Assembly: GCA_963782055.1 (NCBI GenBank)
Contig: CAWAIF010000003.1
Location: forward strand, 960,001 to 1,024,000
Reading direction: 5' to 3'
DNA: 64,000 bases
Source of the DNA: an uncultured delta proteobacterium
Lineage (GTDB): Bacteria; Myxococcota_A; Polyangia; Polyangiales; Polyangiaceae
Shown here: one piece after another, positions 41,573 to 54,500 of the stretch
How positions within the stretch are numbered: the stretch's first letter is position 1
Layout: every line of letters starts with the position of its first letter
Program-made: the position numbers and the translations under genes
Notes under the pieces: generated by a model
Told to the model about the DNA's origin: nothing
The model's database searches: none
Seen by the model: the letters and a program-made list of their open reading frames with translations, nothing else

Positions 41573-42921
41573 CAGTAAAACACCCCGGCTTGGTTGGGCA
41601 GGGCCACTTCGCTCGTGATCGTCCGCATGCGCGCCCACCCGGTGATGCCCGGCGTGCAGCCCTTGGCGAGGACGCAGTAGCGGAGCGGGTAGGCGCCCTG
41701 CTGGGCGTTGGCCGGCGGCGCGGCGAGGCTGTCGGTGCGGTCGGCGATCGCCGAGCGCGTGGCCAGGCGGAAGCGCACCGACCGGATGCGCTGCGGCGCC
41801 TCGGTCCCGCTCGAGAGCGTCACGTCGTCGGCGATGTCCTTGTTGCGCGGGTCGCTCAGGCCGTAGACGGTGAGCTGGCGCTGCTGCTGCGTCGCCAGGT
41901 CCAGGTCGGCGCTGAAGGCGAACTTCAGGTCCACCGCGTACTCGGCGACGATCTCGGTCTGGTTGGTGAGGGTGCCCAGCGCGTCGACGTAGGTGCGGAA
42001 CAGCTCGTACTTGTCCAGGTTGTTCGACACCAGCGCGGCGTAGGGGGCGTCGCGCGGCTGCGTCGTGTCCAGCGCGCGCAGCTCCCACCGCACGGTCTGC
42101 ACCGGGTTCACGCGCAGGCGGCCGATGCCGAGGCCGGTCGCGCCGCCGTTGGTGTGCGTCTCCTGCGCGGAGAGGATCTTCACCCCGCCGTTGGCCTCCA
42201 CGTCCACCCACGCCGTGGCCGCGAGGCCCGCGCCGTTCACGCCGGCGGCCTTGCCGCTGCACGTCGGGACATACTGGAAGTGGCCGGTGTCGTCCTCGAC
42301 GCGCACCAGAAACTGCGCACCCGGCACCGGCTGGAACGCCGCCTCCAGGGCCGCGTCAGGGTTGGCCTGCCCGAGGATGCGCCACATCGCCGGCGAGTCG
42401 ATCGCGAGCTCCAGCCGCTGGCCGCCGCACGAGCCCTGCCCGTTCTCCAGGATGCGCACCACGTACGCGTCGGTCGTCGTGAAGTTGCCCGAGATGTCGA
42501 TCGCGTCCGGCGCGAGGCCCTCCGCCGCCGAGAGCGGCGTGGCCGGCTTGGAGCCCTCGTAGTAAAGGTGCAGCCCGGCGAGCTTGTACAGGCCCTGGTA
42601 GCTGCCGGAGGTGGGCACGTTGGGCGCCCCGGGCAGGTGCGCGATGTGCGTGTCCTTCTGGATGTTGGCCGTGCTCATGAAGGCCGCGCGCTCCAGGTCG
42701 CTCCGCAGGCGCCCCACCGCGGTGCGCAGCGACATCTCCGCCGAGGCGGTGCGCGCCTCCTCGTGGAAGGTGTCGGTCGCGTCCTTGGACAGCGCCACCA
42801 CCGCCATCGCCACGAAGAGGCCGGCGACGAGCGAGACCATCAGCTCGATCAGCGTGAAGCCGCGACGGCGGGCGCGTCGGAAGGCCCTCGAGGGGCGCGG
42901 GAGGCGGCGGCGGGGGCTCAT
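41572..42921 (-). CDS. pilW: PilW-like minor pilin
   Basis: RRG/FTLIELMVSL; LRSDLERAAF; IRSVRFRLATRS. Confidence 0.8.
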   Translation of the reverse strand: MSPRRRLPRPSRAFRRARRRGFTLIELMVSLVAGLFVAMAVVALSKDATDTFHEEARTASAEMSLRTAVGRLRSDLERAAFMSTANIQKDTHIAHLPGAPNVPTSGSYQGLYKLAGLHLYYEGSKPATPLSAAEGLAPDAIDISGNFTTTDAYVVRILENGQGSCGGQRLELAIDSPAMWRILGQANPDAALEAAFQPVPGAQFLVRVEDDTGHFQYVPTCSGKAAGVNGAGLAATAWVDVEANGGVKILSAQETHTNGGATGLGIGRLRVNPVQTVRWELRALDTTQPRDAPYAALVSNNLDKYELFRTYVDALGTLTNQTEIVAEYAVDLKFAFSADLDLATQQQRQLTVYGLSDPRNKDIADDVTLSSGTEAPQRIRSVRFRLATRSAIADRTDSLAAPPANAQQGAYPLRYCVLAKGCTPGITGWARMRTITSEVALPNQAGVFY

Positions 42922-43535
42922 GGCTGCACGTTCTGTCGCAGGGCGGTGACGGCGTAGACGAAGTGGTAGATGTCGGTCTGCGTGTCGAGCGCGGCGGGCG
43001 GCGTCTGCTCGCAGTACTTGGGGTCCGGCGCCGCCGTGAGGTTGCGCGGCCAGAACACGCGCACCTCGGCGCGGATCAGCGTCTGGTCGGTGGTGGCGGG
43101 CGTGAGCCGGAGGTTGACGCAGTAGCGGAGGCCGTTGCCCGTCGCGAGCGAGGTCATGTCGCGGCCGAGGATGTCGAACCCGGCGCTCTCGTCGTCGAAC
43201 TGCTGGCCGCTCGTGGTCATCCGCGCCTTGGGCACGAACCACTGCCCGGTCAGGTTCTCGTTCACCAGGAGCGCGCTGCTGAGGTTGGCGGGCGGCACGC
43301 TCGGGATCTGCGAGGGCGTCCAGAGCGTCGCGTCGCGCGTGAGGCGATCCAGCCACTGGCGGGCGATGGCCTGCGCCTGGTCCATCTCGCGCGCGTCGAC
43401 GTTGCCCTGCACCGCCGCGCGCTGCATCGCCATCACGCCCATGGCGCCGATGGTGAGCACCGTGATGGACATGAGCACCTCCACCGCGGTGTAGGCGGCG
43501 GCGCGCGCGCGGCGGCGGGAGCGCGACAGCTTCAC
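42918..43535 (-). CDS. pilV: PilV-like minor pilin
   Basis: AAA/YTAVEVLMSITVLTIGAMGVMAMQ; EVRVFW. Confidence 0.75.
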   Translation of the reverse strand: MKLSRSRRRARAAAYTAVEVLMSITVLTIGAMGVMAMQRAAVQGNVDAREMDQAQAIARQWLDRLTRDATLWTPSQIPSVPPANLSSALLVNENLTGQWFVPKARMTTSGQQFDDESAGFDILGRDMTSLATGNGLRYCVNLRLTPATTDQTLIRAEVRVFWPRNLTAAPDPKYCEQTPPAALDTQTDIYHFVYAVTALRQNVQP

Positions 43536-44278
43536 GGCAACCCCGGGGTGGCGGTGGAGAGGATGCGGGTGTTGCCGCTCGAAGGGATGAGGATGCGCCG
43601 CACGATGCCCTCGTTGTTGGCGGCGGAGATGGTGGTCTGGTTGGGCCAGAGGCGCGCCACGTCCACCGCGATGACGCCGACGAAGGGCGTGGCGGCGGTG
43701 AACGTGGGCGTCGACCCGCCGCTCGACACGTAGGCGTGGCCGAGCGGGTTGAAGCACAGGTAGACAGGCGAGGTCGCCTCGGCGGCGGTGCCCGTCGCGT
43801 CGTAGGTCACCACGCGCGAGCGGATGTTGGCGTTCACCTCGCCGTTGCCGTCCAGGCTGATGCCGTCGATGTAGGCGTTGCGGGTGTCGCCGGGGAGCCA
43901 GGCGGAGGGGGTGGGGTTGACGCAGGTCCCGCGGGGCAGACGGTTGGCGATGGAGTTGGGGCCGCCCGGGTTGGGGTCGACCGCCTCGAACATCTGGTAG
44001 TTGCCGCGGGTGCTCTGGGCAGAGAAGGAGACCATCGTCGCGGCGCCGCGGCCGATGGCGCGCGTGCGGGCGTTGCGCACCAGCTCCAGGATCTGCCCGG
44101 CGTCGTCGTAGGCGCGCCGGTCCTTCACCGCGTCGCCCATCTCGGGCATCGCCATCATCGCCAGGATGCCGATGATCATGATGACCACCGCGAGCTCCAC
44201 GAGGGTGAAGCCGCCAGCCTGCGCGCGGCGCGCGCCGGGCCGCGAGGCAGGGGTCGGGGCAAATGGACGCTGGGCCAT
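43532..44278 (-). CDS. FimU/FimT-like minor pilin
   Basis: GG/FTLVELAVVIMIIGILAMMAMP; ARTRAI; LCFNPLG. Confidence 0.8.
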   Translation of the reverse strand: MAQRPFAPTPASRPGARRAQAGGFTLVELAVVIMIIGILAMMAMPEMGDAVKDRRAYDDAGQILELVRNARTRAIGRGAATMVSFSAQSTRGNYQMFEAVDPNPGGPNSIANRLPRGTCVNPTPSAWLPGDTRNAYIDGISLDGNGEVNANIRSRVVTYDATGTAAEATSPVYLCFNPLGHAYVSSGGSTPTFTAATPFVGVIAVDVARLWPNQTTISAANNEGIVRRILIPSSGNTRILSTATPGLP

Positions 44279-44290
44279 CGGAGGGGATTG

Positions 44291-44306
44291 AGCAAAGTGT
44301 ATACCG
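44291..44306 (-). promoter_or_regulatory. Putative sigma54 promoter of the minor pilin operon
   Basis: Minus strand CGGTATACACTTTGCT (GG-N10-GC, TTGCT at -12). Confidence 0.6.
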
Positions 44307-44333
44307 CGCCGCTGGATTTATAACATACCGAGA

Positions 44334-44353
44334 CCGCTCATGTTTTTGAGCGG
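44334..44353. promoter_or_regulatory. Inverted repeat upstream of the pilin promoter
   Basis: CCGCTCA-tgtttt-TGAGCGG in an AT-richer tract. Confidence 0.45.
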
Positions 44354-44535
44354 AGGCGGTCCCTCCCCCTCGTAAGGATTGCGACGGCTTGAAATCCTTT
44401 CATAGCGGCCGACGACCCCGGCCCCCCCAGCCCAGGGCCGGCCACCTCGACCGTTCGCCTGCCAACGATCGGGGCGCTCGCGCCGGATCGGGGGAGGGGA
44501 GCCCTCCGGCCAGTCCGTGTGGTAGAGGACGCGCC

Positions 44536-45666
44536 ATGTCCGTCGCATCGCTCAGGGTCCCCTTGCTCCTCGCTGTCCTGCTCGGCGTCGCGGCCTGCAA
44601 GGACGAGCCCAAGACGCAGGGGACGGCCCCGCCCCCGCTGCCGAGCGCGTCGTCCGGGACGAACGTGTGCGCCGGCGGCGGCGGGGAGGACACCGACACC
44701 CTGACCGCCCCCTACTTCCCGCGGCAGGTCTCCGGCTACTGCCTGGACCCCTCCGGCGACGTGAAGAGCTACGGCGAGAAGGCCAAGCTGGGGCTGGACC
44801 AGCTCTGCACCACCGCCCTCGACGGCGGGTGCGAGGAGTACAAGAAGTTCGGCGTGATGCGATCGGTCATCACCCGCTACGTCCAGGGGACGGGCGCGGG
44901 ATTGGTGGAGGTCTTCCTCTCCGAGTTCGCCGGCGAGGGCGCCTACAGCATCTACACGACGCGCCTCACCGGCGAGGTCGACCCGGCCGACGCGCACTCC
45001 ATGAAGCCGATCGACGCCGAGGCGCTCGGGGCGATGGGCACCGGCAAGGCCTACGCGTACCGCGGTCGCTACTTTTTGGAGCTCACCTACAGCAACGAGA
45101 CCGAGTCGCCGGAGGAGCTCAAGAAGAGCAGCGACGCGATCCTCCCCTCGCTCGCGAAGGAAATCGCCGCCAAGCTGCCCGCCAAGCCGGATGTCCCCGC
45201 CTCCACCAAGGCGCTGCCCACGACCGACCTCGTCCCCAACGGCGTGGCCTACTTCGCCAAGGACGCGATGGGCGTGAAGGGGCTGGGCGCGGCTTCGGTC
45301 GGGTACTACAAGCCGGCCACCGGCAAGCGCTACCGGCTGCTCTCCATCGTCAAGCCGGACGCGGACCAGGCGAAGGACGCGCTCAAGTCGCTGCGTGGCA
45401 AGCCGGGCGCGCTGCCGGTGGCCAGCCTGGGCGACGGCGCGGTGGACGTGGTGCTGCAGGCCACGCCGGACAGGCCGAAGGTGGAGTGGGTGGTGGCGCG
45501 CAAGGGCGGCATGCTGCTCGGCATTGGCGACGAGGAGTTCGTCCTGCACCCGGACACCCCGCTCGCCCAGCAGGGGGACGTGCGCATGAGCAAGGACGAG
45601 AAGATCGCCAAGCTGCGCGCGCTGATCACCCCGACGACGCCCGGCCCGGCGCCGAAGAATAAGTAG
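44536..45666 (+). CDS. Lipoprotein, hypothetical (possibly DUF6599-like)
   Basis: Lipobox VAAC; GYCLDPSG, LDGGCEEY, YRGRYFLEL. Confidence 0.75.
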   Translation: MSVASLRVPLLLAVLLGVAACKDEPKTQGTAPPPLPSASSGTNVCAGGGGEDTDTLTAPYFPRQVSGYCLDPSGDVKSYGEKAKLGLDQLCTTALDGGCEEYKKFGVMRSVITRYVQGTGAGLVEVFLSEFAGEGAYSIYTTRLTGEVDPADAHSMKPIDAEALGAMGTGKAYAYRGRYFLELTYSNETESPEELKKSSDAILPSLAKEIAAKLPAKPDVPASTKALPTTDLVPNGVAYFAKDAMGVKGLGAASVGYYKPATGKRYRLLSIVKPDADQAKDALKSLRGKPGALPVASLGDGAVDVVLQATPDRPKVEWVVARKGGMLLGIGDEEFVLHPDTPLAQQGDVRMSKDEKIAKLRALITPTTPGPAPKNK

Positions 45667-46602
45667 TCAGGACGCCTTCACGCGCTCGAAGCACCGGTCG
45701 GGGAGGCCGCGCTTCTTGCGGACGAGCGCGCTGGCCTCGACGAAGCGCGCGGTGATCGGGTCGTGGTACCCGCTCACCTCGGGCAGGGTGGCGTCCTCGG
45801 CGCGGTGGTAGCGCACGATGCGCGCCATGAGCGCGTCGCGCGCCCACTTGCCCACGAGCGACGCGAGGCACACCAGAAGGTGCGAGGCGTCGGCGTCGCG
45901 CACGAAGGCGACGCGCCCCACGCCGGGGAAGGCGTACTCGCTGCGCGCCCGGCCCTCCTGCACGACGGCGTGCAGCCGGCCCCCGAGCGGGCCGAAGGCG
46001 GGGGAGTAGCGATCGTAGCCGCCGACCTTCCCGCAGGTGGCGATGACGTCCTCGCCGGCGTGCTCGCGCGCCGCGAGCACGAGCCGCTCCATCGCGTTCA
46101 GGTCGACGACGAAGCGTGAGCGCCCCGCGCGCGCGGCCTCGTTGAGGCGGTGCGTGCAGACGATGGCCAGCCGCACGCCGGCGACGTGTACGCCCTTCGC
46201 GGTGAGCTTGCGCAGGTCCTTGCGGACGGCGGCGAGCGTCTCGTCGGTGGAGGCGAAGGTCTCGCCGTGATCGTCCCAGCACTGGGCGGCGTGATCGGTG
46301 GGGCAGGGGGAGCGGAGGATGGCGTCGTCGTCGATGGAGAGGGCGCGGAGCAGCTCCGACGGCGTCTGCGCGCTCCGCCCCGTCGCCTCCAGCAACACCC
46401 GTCCCCACGCCTCGCCGAGCGCCGAGTCCTTGTAGGAGACGAGCGCCTTGGAGTCGCCCACCCGCGCCGCCAGCGAGCGGGGCGGCTTGCGCGAGGCCAC
46501 GCGCTCACCGGCGCCCTCCGCGCGGGCCACGACGGACGTGACGAGCAGGGGCCCGAGCCGTGGGCCCAGTCCGTTCTCGTCGACGCCCATCAGAAACGGC
46601 AC
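45667..46602 (-). CDS. Divergent RNase HII-like protein
   Basis: GVDENGLGPRLGP, GDSK, DADASHLLVCLASLVGK, SGY. Confidence 0.75.
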   Translation of the reverse strand: MPFLMGVDENGLGPRLGPLLVTSVVARAEGAGERVASRKPPRSLAARVGDSKALVSYKDSALGEAWGRVLLEATGRSAQTPSELLRALSIDDDAILRSPCPTDHAAQCWDDHGETFASTDETLAAVRKDLRKLTAKGVHVAGVRLAIVCTHRLNEAARAGRSRFVVDLNAMERLVLAAREHAGEDVIATCGKVGGYDRYSPAFGPLGGRLHAVVQEGRARSEYAFPGVGRVAFVRDADASHLLVCLASLVGKWARDALMARIVRYHRAEDATLPEVSGYHDPITARFVEASALVRKKRGLPDRCFERVKAS

Positions 46603-46694
46603 GCCCTCACGCTTAGACCAACGCGCACGACGCGGCTACGCCGAATCGTGCCGGTTCGGCGGGGCGCGCCCGCAGAGGCGCGCGGGCGCGGCGG

Positions 46695-47057
46695 TCAGCC
46701 GAAATCTTTCTCCAGCCGCTCCTGGTCCTCTTTGCAGCGGATGCAGAGCGTCGTCTCGGGGCGCGCTTCCAGGCGCTTGACCGAGATCTCCTCCCCGCAC
46801 TCCTCGCACACGCCGAAGGTGCCTTCCTCGATCTTCTTGAGCGCCTTGTTGATCTTGTCGAGGAAGCTCTTCTCCCGCCCGCGAAGGCGGAAGGTGAACG
46901 ACTGCAGGTATTCGCTCGAGGCGAGGTCCATCTCGTCGGGCAGATCGTTCGCGTCGAGGGCCATGTCCTCCTCGAGCGTCTGCTTGGCCTTCTTGATGAT
47001 CTCGTCGCGCTTCTCGGAGAGGAGCGTCTTGAATTTTTTGAGCTGCGTCTTGTTCAC
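46695..47057 (-). CDS. dksA: DksA/TraR C4 zinc-finger protein
   Basis: LPDEMDLAS (DxxDxA), CEECGEEI...RLEARP...LCIRCK. Confidence 0.9.
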   Translation of the reverse strand: MNKTQLKKFKTLLSEKRDEIIKKAKQTLEEDMALDANDLPDEMDLASSEYLQSFTFRLRGREKSFLDKINKALKKIEEGTFGVCEECGEEISVKRLEARPETTLCIRCKEDQERLEKDFG

Positions 47058-47117
47058 TTCACTCGCTCCGGTCGATTGGTTTCGCCGTCTCGGGGCGGGG
47101 CCCGCCCGCGAGGAGAG

Positions 47118-47178
47118 TGCGCCCAAAGATGAGGAATTTGGGGCGCAAGACGGTAAGCATCCATGGCTTGCCCGTCAA
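47118..47178 (-). promoter_or_regulatory. sigma70-type promoter and 5' hairpin of dksA
   Basis: TTGACG-17 bp-TACCGT, followed by TGCGCCCCAAA...TTTGGGCGCA. Confidence 0.65.
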
Positions 47179-47249
47179 CGGATATGAGAGGCGCGTCTCC
47201 CTTTTCGGACCATCCCGCCGGGCCTGTCCACCACGGGGGGCTGGAAGCC

Positions 47250-50180
<2,931 letters not shown>

Positions 50181-50259
50181 GGGGAGCCAGGCATCGTAAG
50201 GCTGATTGCCCCGTCCAGCAACGGGAGCTCCGCCGGGCCGCGCCCGGGGAGACTGCAAA

Positions 50260-51486
50260 CTAGAGTATTGCGGTGAGCAGATCGCGCTCGAGGTCGCCCC
50301 GGCCCTCCAGCCCGACCGAGACGCGGATCAGTCCGTCGGTGATGCCGGCGGCCTCGCGGCCGGCGCGTGGCATCGTCGAGTGCGTCGTCGACGCCGGGTG
50401 GACGACGAGCGTGCGCACGTCGCCGAGGCTCACCGCGTGCGTCGCCACGCGGACCCGGCCGAGCACGTCCTTGCCGCGGTCGATCGCCGAGCGGCCGGCC
50501 CCGTCGGCCAGCTCGAACGCGAGGACGGACCCGTACGCGTGCATCTGCGCGCGGGCGACGCCGTGGCCGGGGTGCGCGGGCAGTGACGGGTGGTGGACGC
50601 GCGCGACCGAGGGCTGGGCCGCCAGCCGCGCGGCGAGGTGCGCGGCCGTCGCGCACGCGCGCTCTTGCCGCAGGGGGAAGGTGCGCAGCCCGCGCAGCAC
50701 CATGTACGCGACGAAGGGGGAGAGCACGCCGCCCAGGCCCTTGACCACCAGGTCGCGCGCGGCCTCGACGCGCGCGCGCGCGCCGGCGATCGCCCCGCCG
50801 ATCGCGTCGCCGTGGCCGGCGATGGCCTTCGTCATGGAGTGGACGACCAGGTCCACGCCGAGCGCGAGCGGGTTCTGCCCGTAGGGCGTGGCGAAGGTGT
50901 TGTCGGCGATGGTGACGAGGCCTCGCTCCCGCGCGAGGGCCACGACCGGCGCGATGTCGGTGATGCGCAGCGTGGGGTTGGCTGGCGTTTCGATGTACAG
51001 TACACGTGTCTCCGGCGTGACCGCCGCGGCGTAGGCTCCGGGGTCGGACGCGTCGACGAAGGTGGCGCGGACGCCGAAGCGGGTGAGCCGCTCGCGCAGG
51101 AGGCGCGCGCTCTCGCCGTACATGGCCTGCGGCGCGACGACGTGGTCTCCCGACGCGCACACGCTCATCACGGCGCCGGCCACCGCGGCCATCCCGCTCG
51201 CGGTGACACAGCAGTCCTCGGCGCCCTCCAGCGCGGCGAGCTTCGTCTCCAGGGCGCGCGCGGTCGGGTTGGCCCAGCGGCCATAGATGAAGGCGTCGCT
51301 CTCGGCGCGGAAGGCGCGCGCGGCGTCGTCGGCGTCGGCGAAGCCGAAGGCGCTGGAGAGCACCAGCGGCGGGTCCAGCGCACGGGTGGTCGGGTCCATC
51401 GCCTCCCCGGCGTGCACCGCGAGGGTGGCGAGCGTCTCGGTGCGGGCGGCCAGCGCGGCCTCGTACGGCTCGGCAGGGATGGGCAC
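50260..51486 (-). CDS. PLP-dependent trans-sulfuration enzyme (methionine gamma-lyase / cystathionine gamma-synthase family)
   Basis: YGRWANPT, ASGMAA, ETPANP, DNTFATP, HSMTKAIAGHGD, VSLGD, HPASTTH; start uncertain. Confidence 0.92.
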   Translation of the reverse strand: MPIPAEPYEAALAARTETLATLAVHAGEAMDPTTRALDPPLVLSSAFGFADADDAARAFRAESDAFIYGRWANPTARALETKLAALEGAEDCCVTASGMAAVAGAVMSVCASGDHVVAPQAMYGESARLLRERLTRFGVRATFVDASDPGAYAAAVTPETRVLYIETPANPTLRITDIAPVVALARERGLVTIADNTFATPYGQNPLALGVDLVVHSMTKAIAGHGDAIGGAIAGARARVEAARDLVVKGLGGVLSPFVAYMVLRGLRTFPLRQERACATAAHLAARLAAQPSVARVHHPSLPAHPGHGVARAQMHAYGSVLAFELADGAGRSAIDRGKDVLGRVRVATHAVSLGDVRTLVVHPASTTHSTMPRAGREAAGITDGLIRVSVGLEGRGDLERDLLTAIL

Positions 51487-51594
51487 GAGCTCGTGCGTAG
51501 CGTGACGGCGCCACCGCGTCGAGCGCCGCCCGCCGGGTTTTCGTCGCGTCTTGCGTCGTGTGGTACGCTCTCGCCCCGGAGTTTCAACGGACGG

Positions 51595-54500
51595 ATGCTG
51601 CGGATCGAGTGCGAGTCGTGCAAGGCGCCGTATCAGGTCGACGAGCGACGCGTGCCTCCGCAAGGCCTGAAGATGCGCTGCCCGAAGTGTGGGCACACCT
51701 TCCTGGTCACGCGGCCGGGTGAGGGTGCGTCCGGTCCTGCCGCGCCGCCCAAGAACGCCATGAAGATGACGATGGTCGGCCTGGGTAGTCAGGGTGGGGC
51801 AGACCTCCCGCCGGCGAAGCCGCCCGCGCCGGCGAAGCCGCCCGCGCCACCCGCCCCCGCGCCCGCCGCGCCGCCGCCCGCGGCGCCCGCCGCCGACGAA
51901 GCCGACCTGCCTGCGGCGCGTCCGATGCCGAAGACCTTCGGCCGGCCGGCGCCGCCGCGGCCTGGGGCACCGAAGGCGCCGCCCGTCCCGCCGCGTCCAC
52001 CTCCGCCCAAGCCGGCCGCGGCCGCGCCGCCGGCGCCAGTGGCACCACCACCGCCAACGCCGGAGGAAGCGGATCTCCCTGCGGCGCGCCCCGCGCCCGC
52101 CCGGCCCGGAGCGCGTCCGCCGCCGCCCGCGCCGCTCGCCGCCAGGCCCCCGCCACCCGCCGCGCCCGAGGCGCCCACCTTCGAGGTGGATCTGCCGGCG
52201 GCCCGTCCCGCCCCGCCCAAGCCCGGCGCACGCCCCGCGCCGCCGGCCGCCGCCGCCCCGCCTCCCAACGAGCTGGACGATCTGCTGGGGACCGCAGCGG
52301 ATCTGCCGTCGGCCGCGGTACCGAGGCGCTCGCCCAGCTTCCCGGCCGCGCTCGGCACCATCGACGATTCTGGATCTGCCCGCGCGTCCGGCCGCGGGGG
52401 CGAAGCCCACTGGCGGGTTCGGCGAGATCGACCTGGGCGGTGTCGACCTGCCCGCGGTCGCCGCCGATCTTCCCGCCCGGCCAGCCGCCGGCCTCCCCGC
52501 GCCGAAGGTGGGGGGCCACCCGGTCCGCGGCCCGGCGCCCATCGACTTCGAGCTGGACCTGCCGAGCGCGCCCGCCAAGCCGGCGAAGGACAGCGGCGAG
52601 CTGGACCTCGGCCCCCCCGCCGCGGACCTGCCGATGCCGCTCGCGGCGGGCTTGCCCGCGCGCGCGGACAACCTCCCGGCGCCGGCGGGGATCCTCCCGT
52701 CCCCGGCGGCCGCCGGTGCGCGCCGTGGCGGGGCGGAGCCGGCGTTCGGGGAGATTGACCTGCCCACCGTCGGCGCGGCGCTGCCGGAGGTGGCCTCGCA
52801 GCTCCCGGACGTCGCGGGCGTGCTTCCGCAGGTGGCGAGCTCGCTTCCCCAGGTCGCGGGGACACTGCCCCAGGTCGCGGGGACACTGCCCCAGGTCGCG
52901 GGGACACTGCCCCAGGTCGCGGGGACACTGCCCCAGGTCGCGGGGACACTGCCGCAGGTCGCCAACGTCATGCCCGCGACCGCCGGCAAGGGAGAGCTCG
53001 CCGATTTCGGCGAGCTGGACCTCGGCGCCGTCGACAGGCCGCCCGTGTCCGGTCCCCCCGTGCCCGGCGCCGGCCCCAGCTCGGGGGAGTTCGGCCTCCT
53101 CGATCTCGGCAGCGACCTGAAGAGTGTGCCCCCGTCCGGCCCGCCCGCCGGCCCGCCAGGCCCCGCACCCGGTCAGGCTTCGAGCAACGCCCTGAAGTTC
53201 GGCGAGCTGGATCTCGGTGGCGGGGGCGAGGACGCCTCCATCCAGACCGAGGCTCCCATCCCGTCCTCGCACGGCGGCGGCGGCGAGCTGCCCCTGCCGC
53301 AGGCCCCCGAGGAGCGCGTGTCCGGCGCCGGCACCTCCGGCGAGGTGGCGCTCCCCACCGCGCCGGCGACGCCGAAGCGCGAACGGCCGGAGGGGCAGCG
53401 CAAGCCCTCGCGCGCGGGCAAGGTCGTGCTCGGCGTCCTCGTCGTCATCCTGCTGGGTGGCGGTGCGCTGCAGTTCACCAAGCACGGCGCCTTCGCGTAC
53501 CTGACGATCACCGATCGCCTCCACGCCAAGGACTACGCCGCGGCCACGACGGCGGCGGCGGCGGCGGCGCGCAAGCACATGGACAGGGACCTCTTCCTGG
53601 AGGCGCGCGGCGCGGTCGACGCGCTGGCGCAGGCCCACGACAGGACCCCGCGCGCGCGGGCGCTCTCCGCGTACGCGGCGTTCGGCACCTTCGCCTACGA
53701 GACGCGCTTCGGCTCGGACATCCCACGCGACAACAAGGCGAAGGCCTGGCTCGGCGCGATCAAGACCGAGCCGGAGACCCGCTTCTTGGGCGCCGCCCTC
53801 GCGGCGCAGGACGCCGCCGGCGGCGACTGGGCAAAGGCGCGCACCGGCCTGGAGGCCGCGAGCAAGCACGACCTGGGCGACCCCATCCAGCAGGACATCG
53901 CCTACCTGCGCGGCGAGGTGGAGCTCGCGGCCGGCAACCCGAAGGCCGCGACCACCTTCTTCACCACCGCGATGAAGGGCGGCAGCACCGCGCGCGGTCA
54001 CTTCGGTCTGGCGCGCGCCGCGCACGCACTGGGTGACGACACCACCGCGACGAAGGAGGTGGCCACCACGCTCGCCGCCACGCCCAACCACCCGGGCGCG
54101 CTGCTGCTGCGCGCGCGCATCGAGTGGGCGTCGCTCGACGAGAAGGCGGCGCTGGCCGACCTCGCCACCGTGGCGGAGGGCCCGGCGAAGGTGAACGCGG
54201 CGCCGCGGCAGGTGGCGGCGGCCTTCGCGCTGCGCGGCGACATCCACGCGGCGCGAGGCCGTGGGAGCGAGGCGCGCGCGGCGTTCGACGCGGCGCTCAA
54301 GCTGGAGCCGCGCAACGTCACGGCGCTCTTCGGCCAGGGGCAGCTCCTCTACGACGAAGGCCGTTACACCGAGGCCCTCTCGCGGTTCGACACCGCGCTC
54401 GGCGCGGCCCCTGCCGACTTGAGGGTCATCGCCGCCGACGCCATGACCAAGCTGAAGCTGGAGCGTCTCAAGGACGCCAAGGACCAGCTCACCGCCGCCC

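Noticed and set aside
52847..52951. 21-bp repeats as a CRISPR array or as copies of the TGTCC/GGACA site
   Set aside because: No spacers and no cas genes; the repeats are in-frame coding heptads and not palindromic
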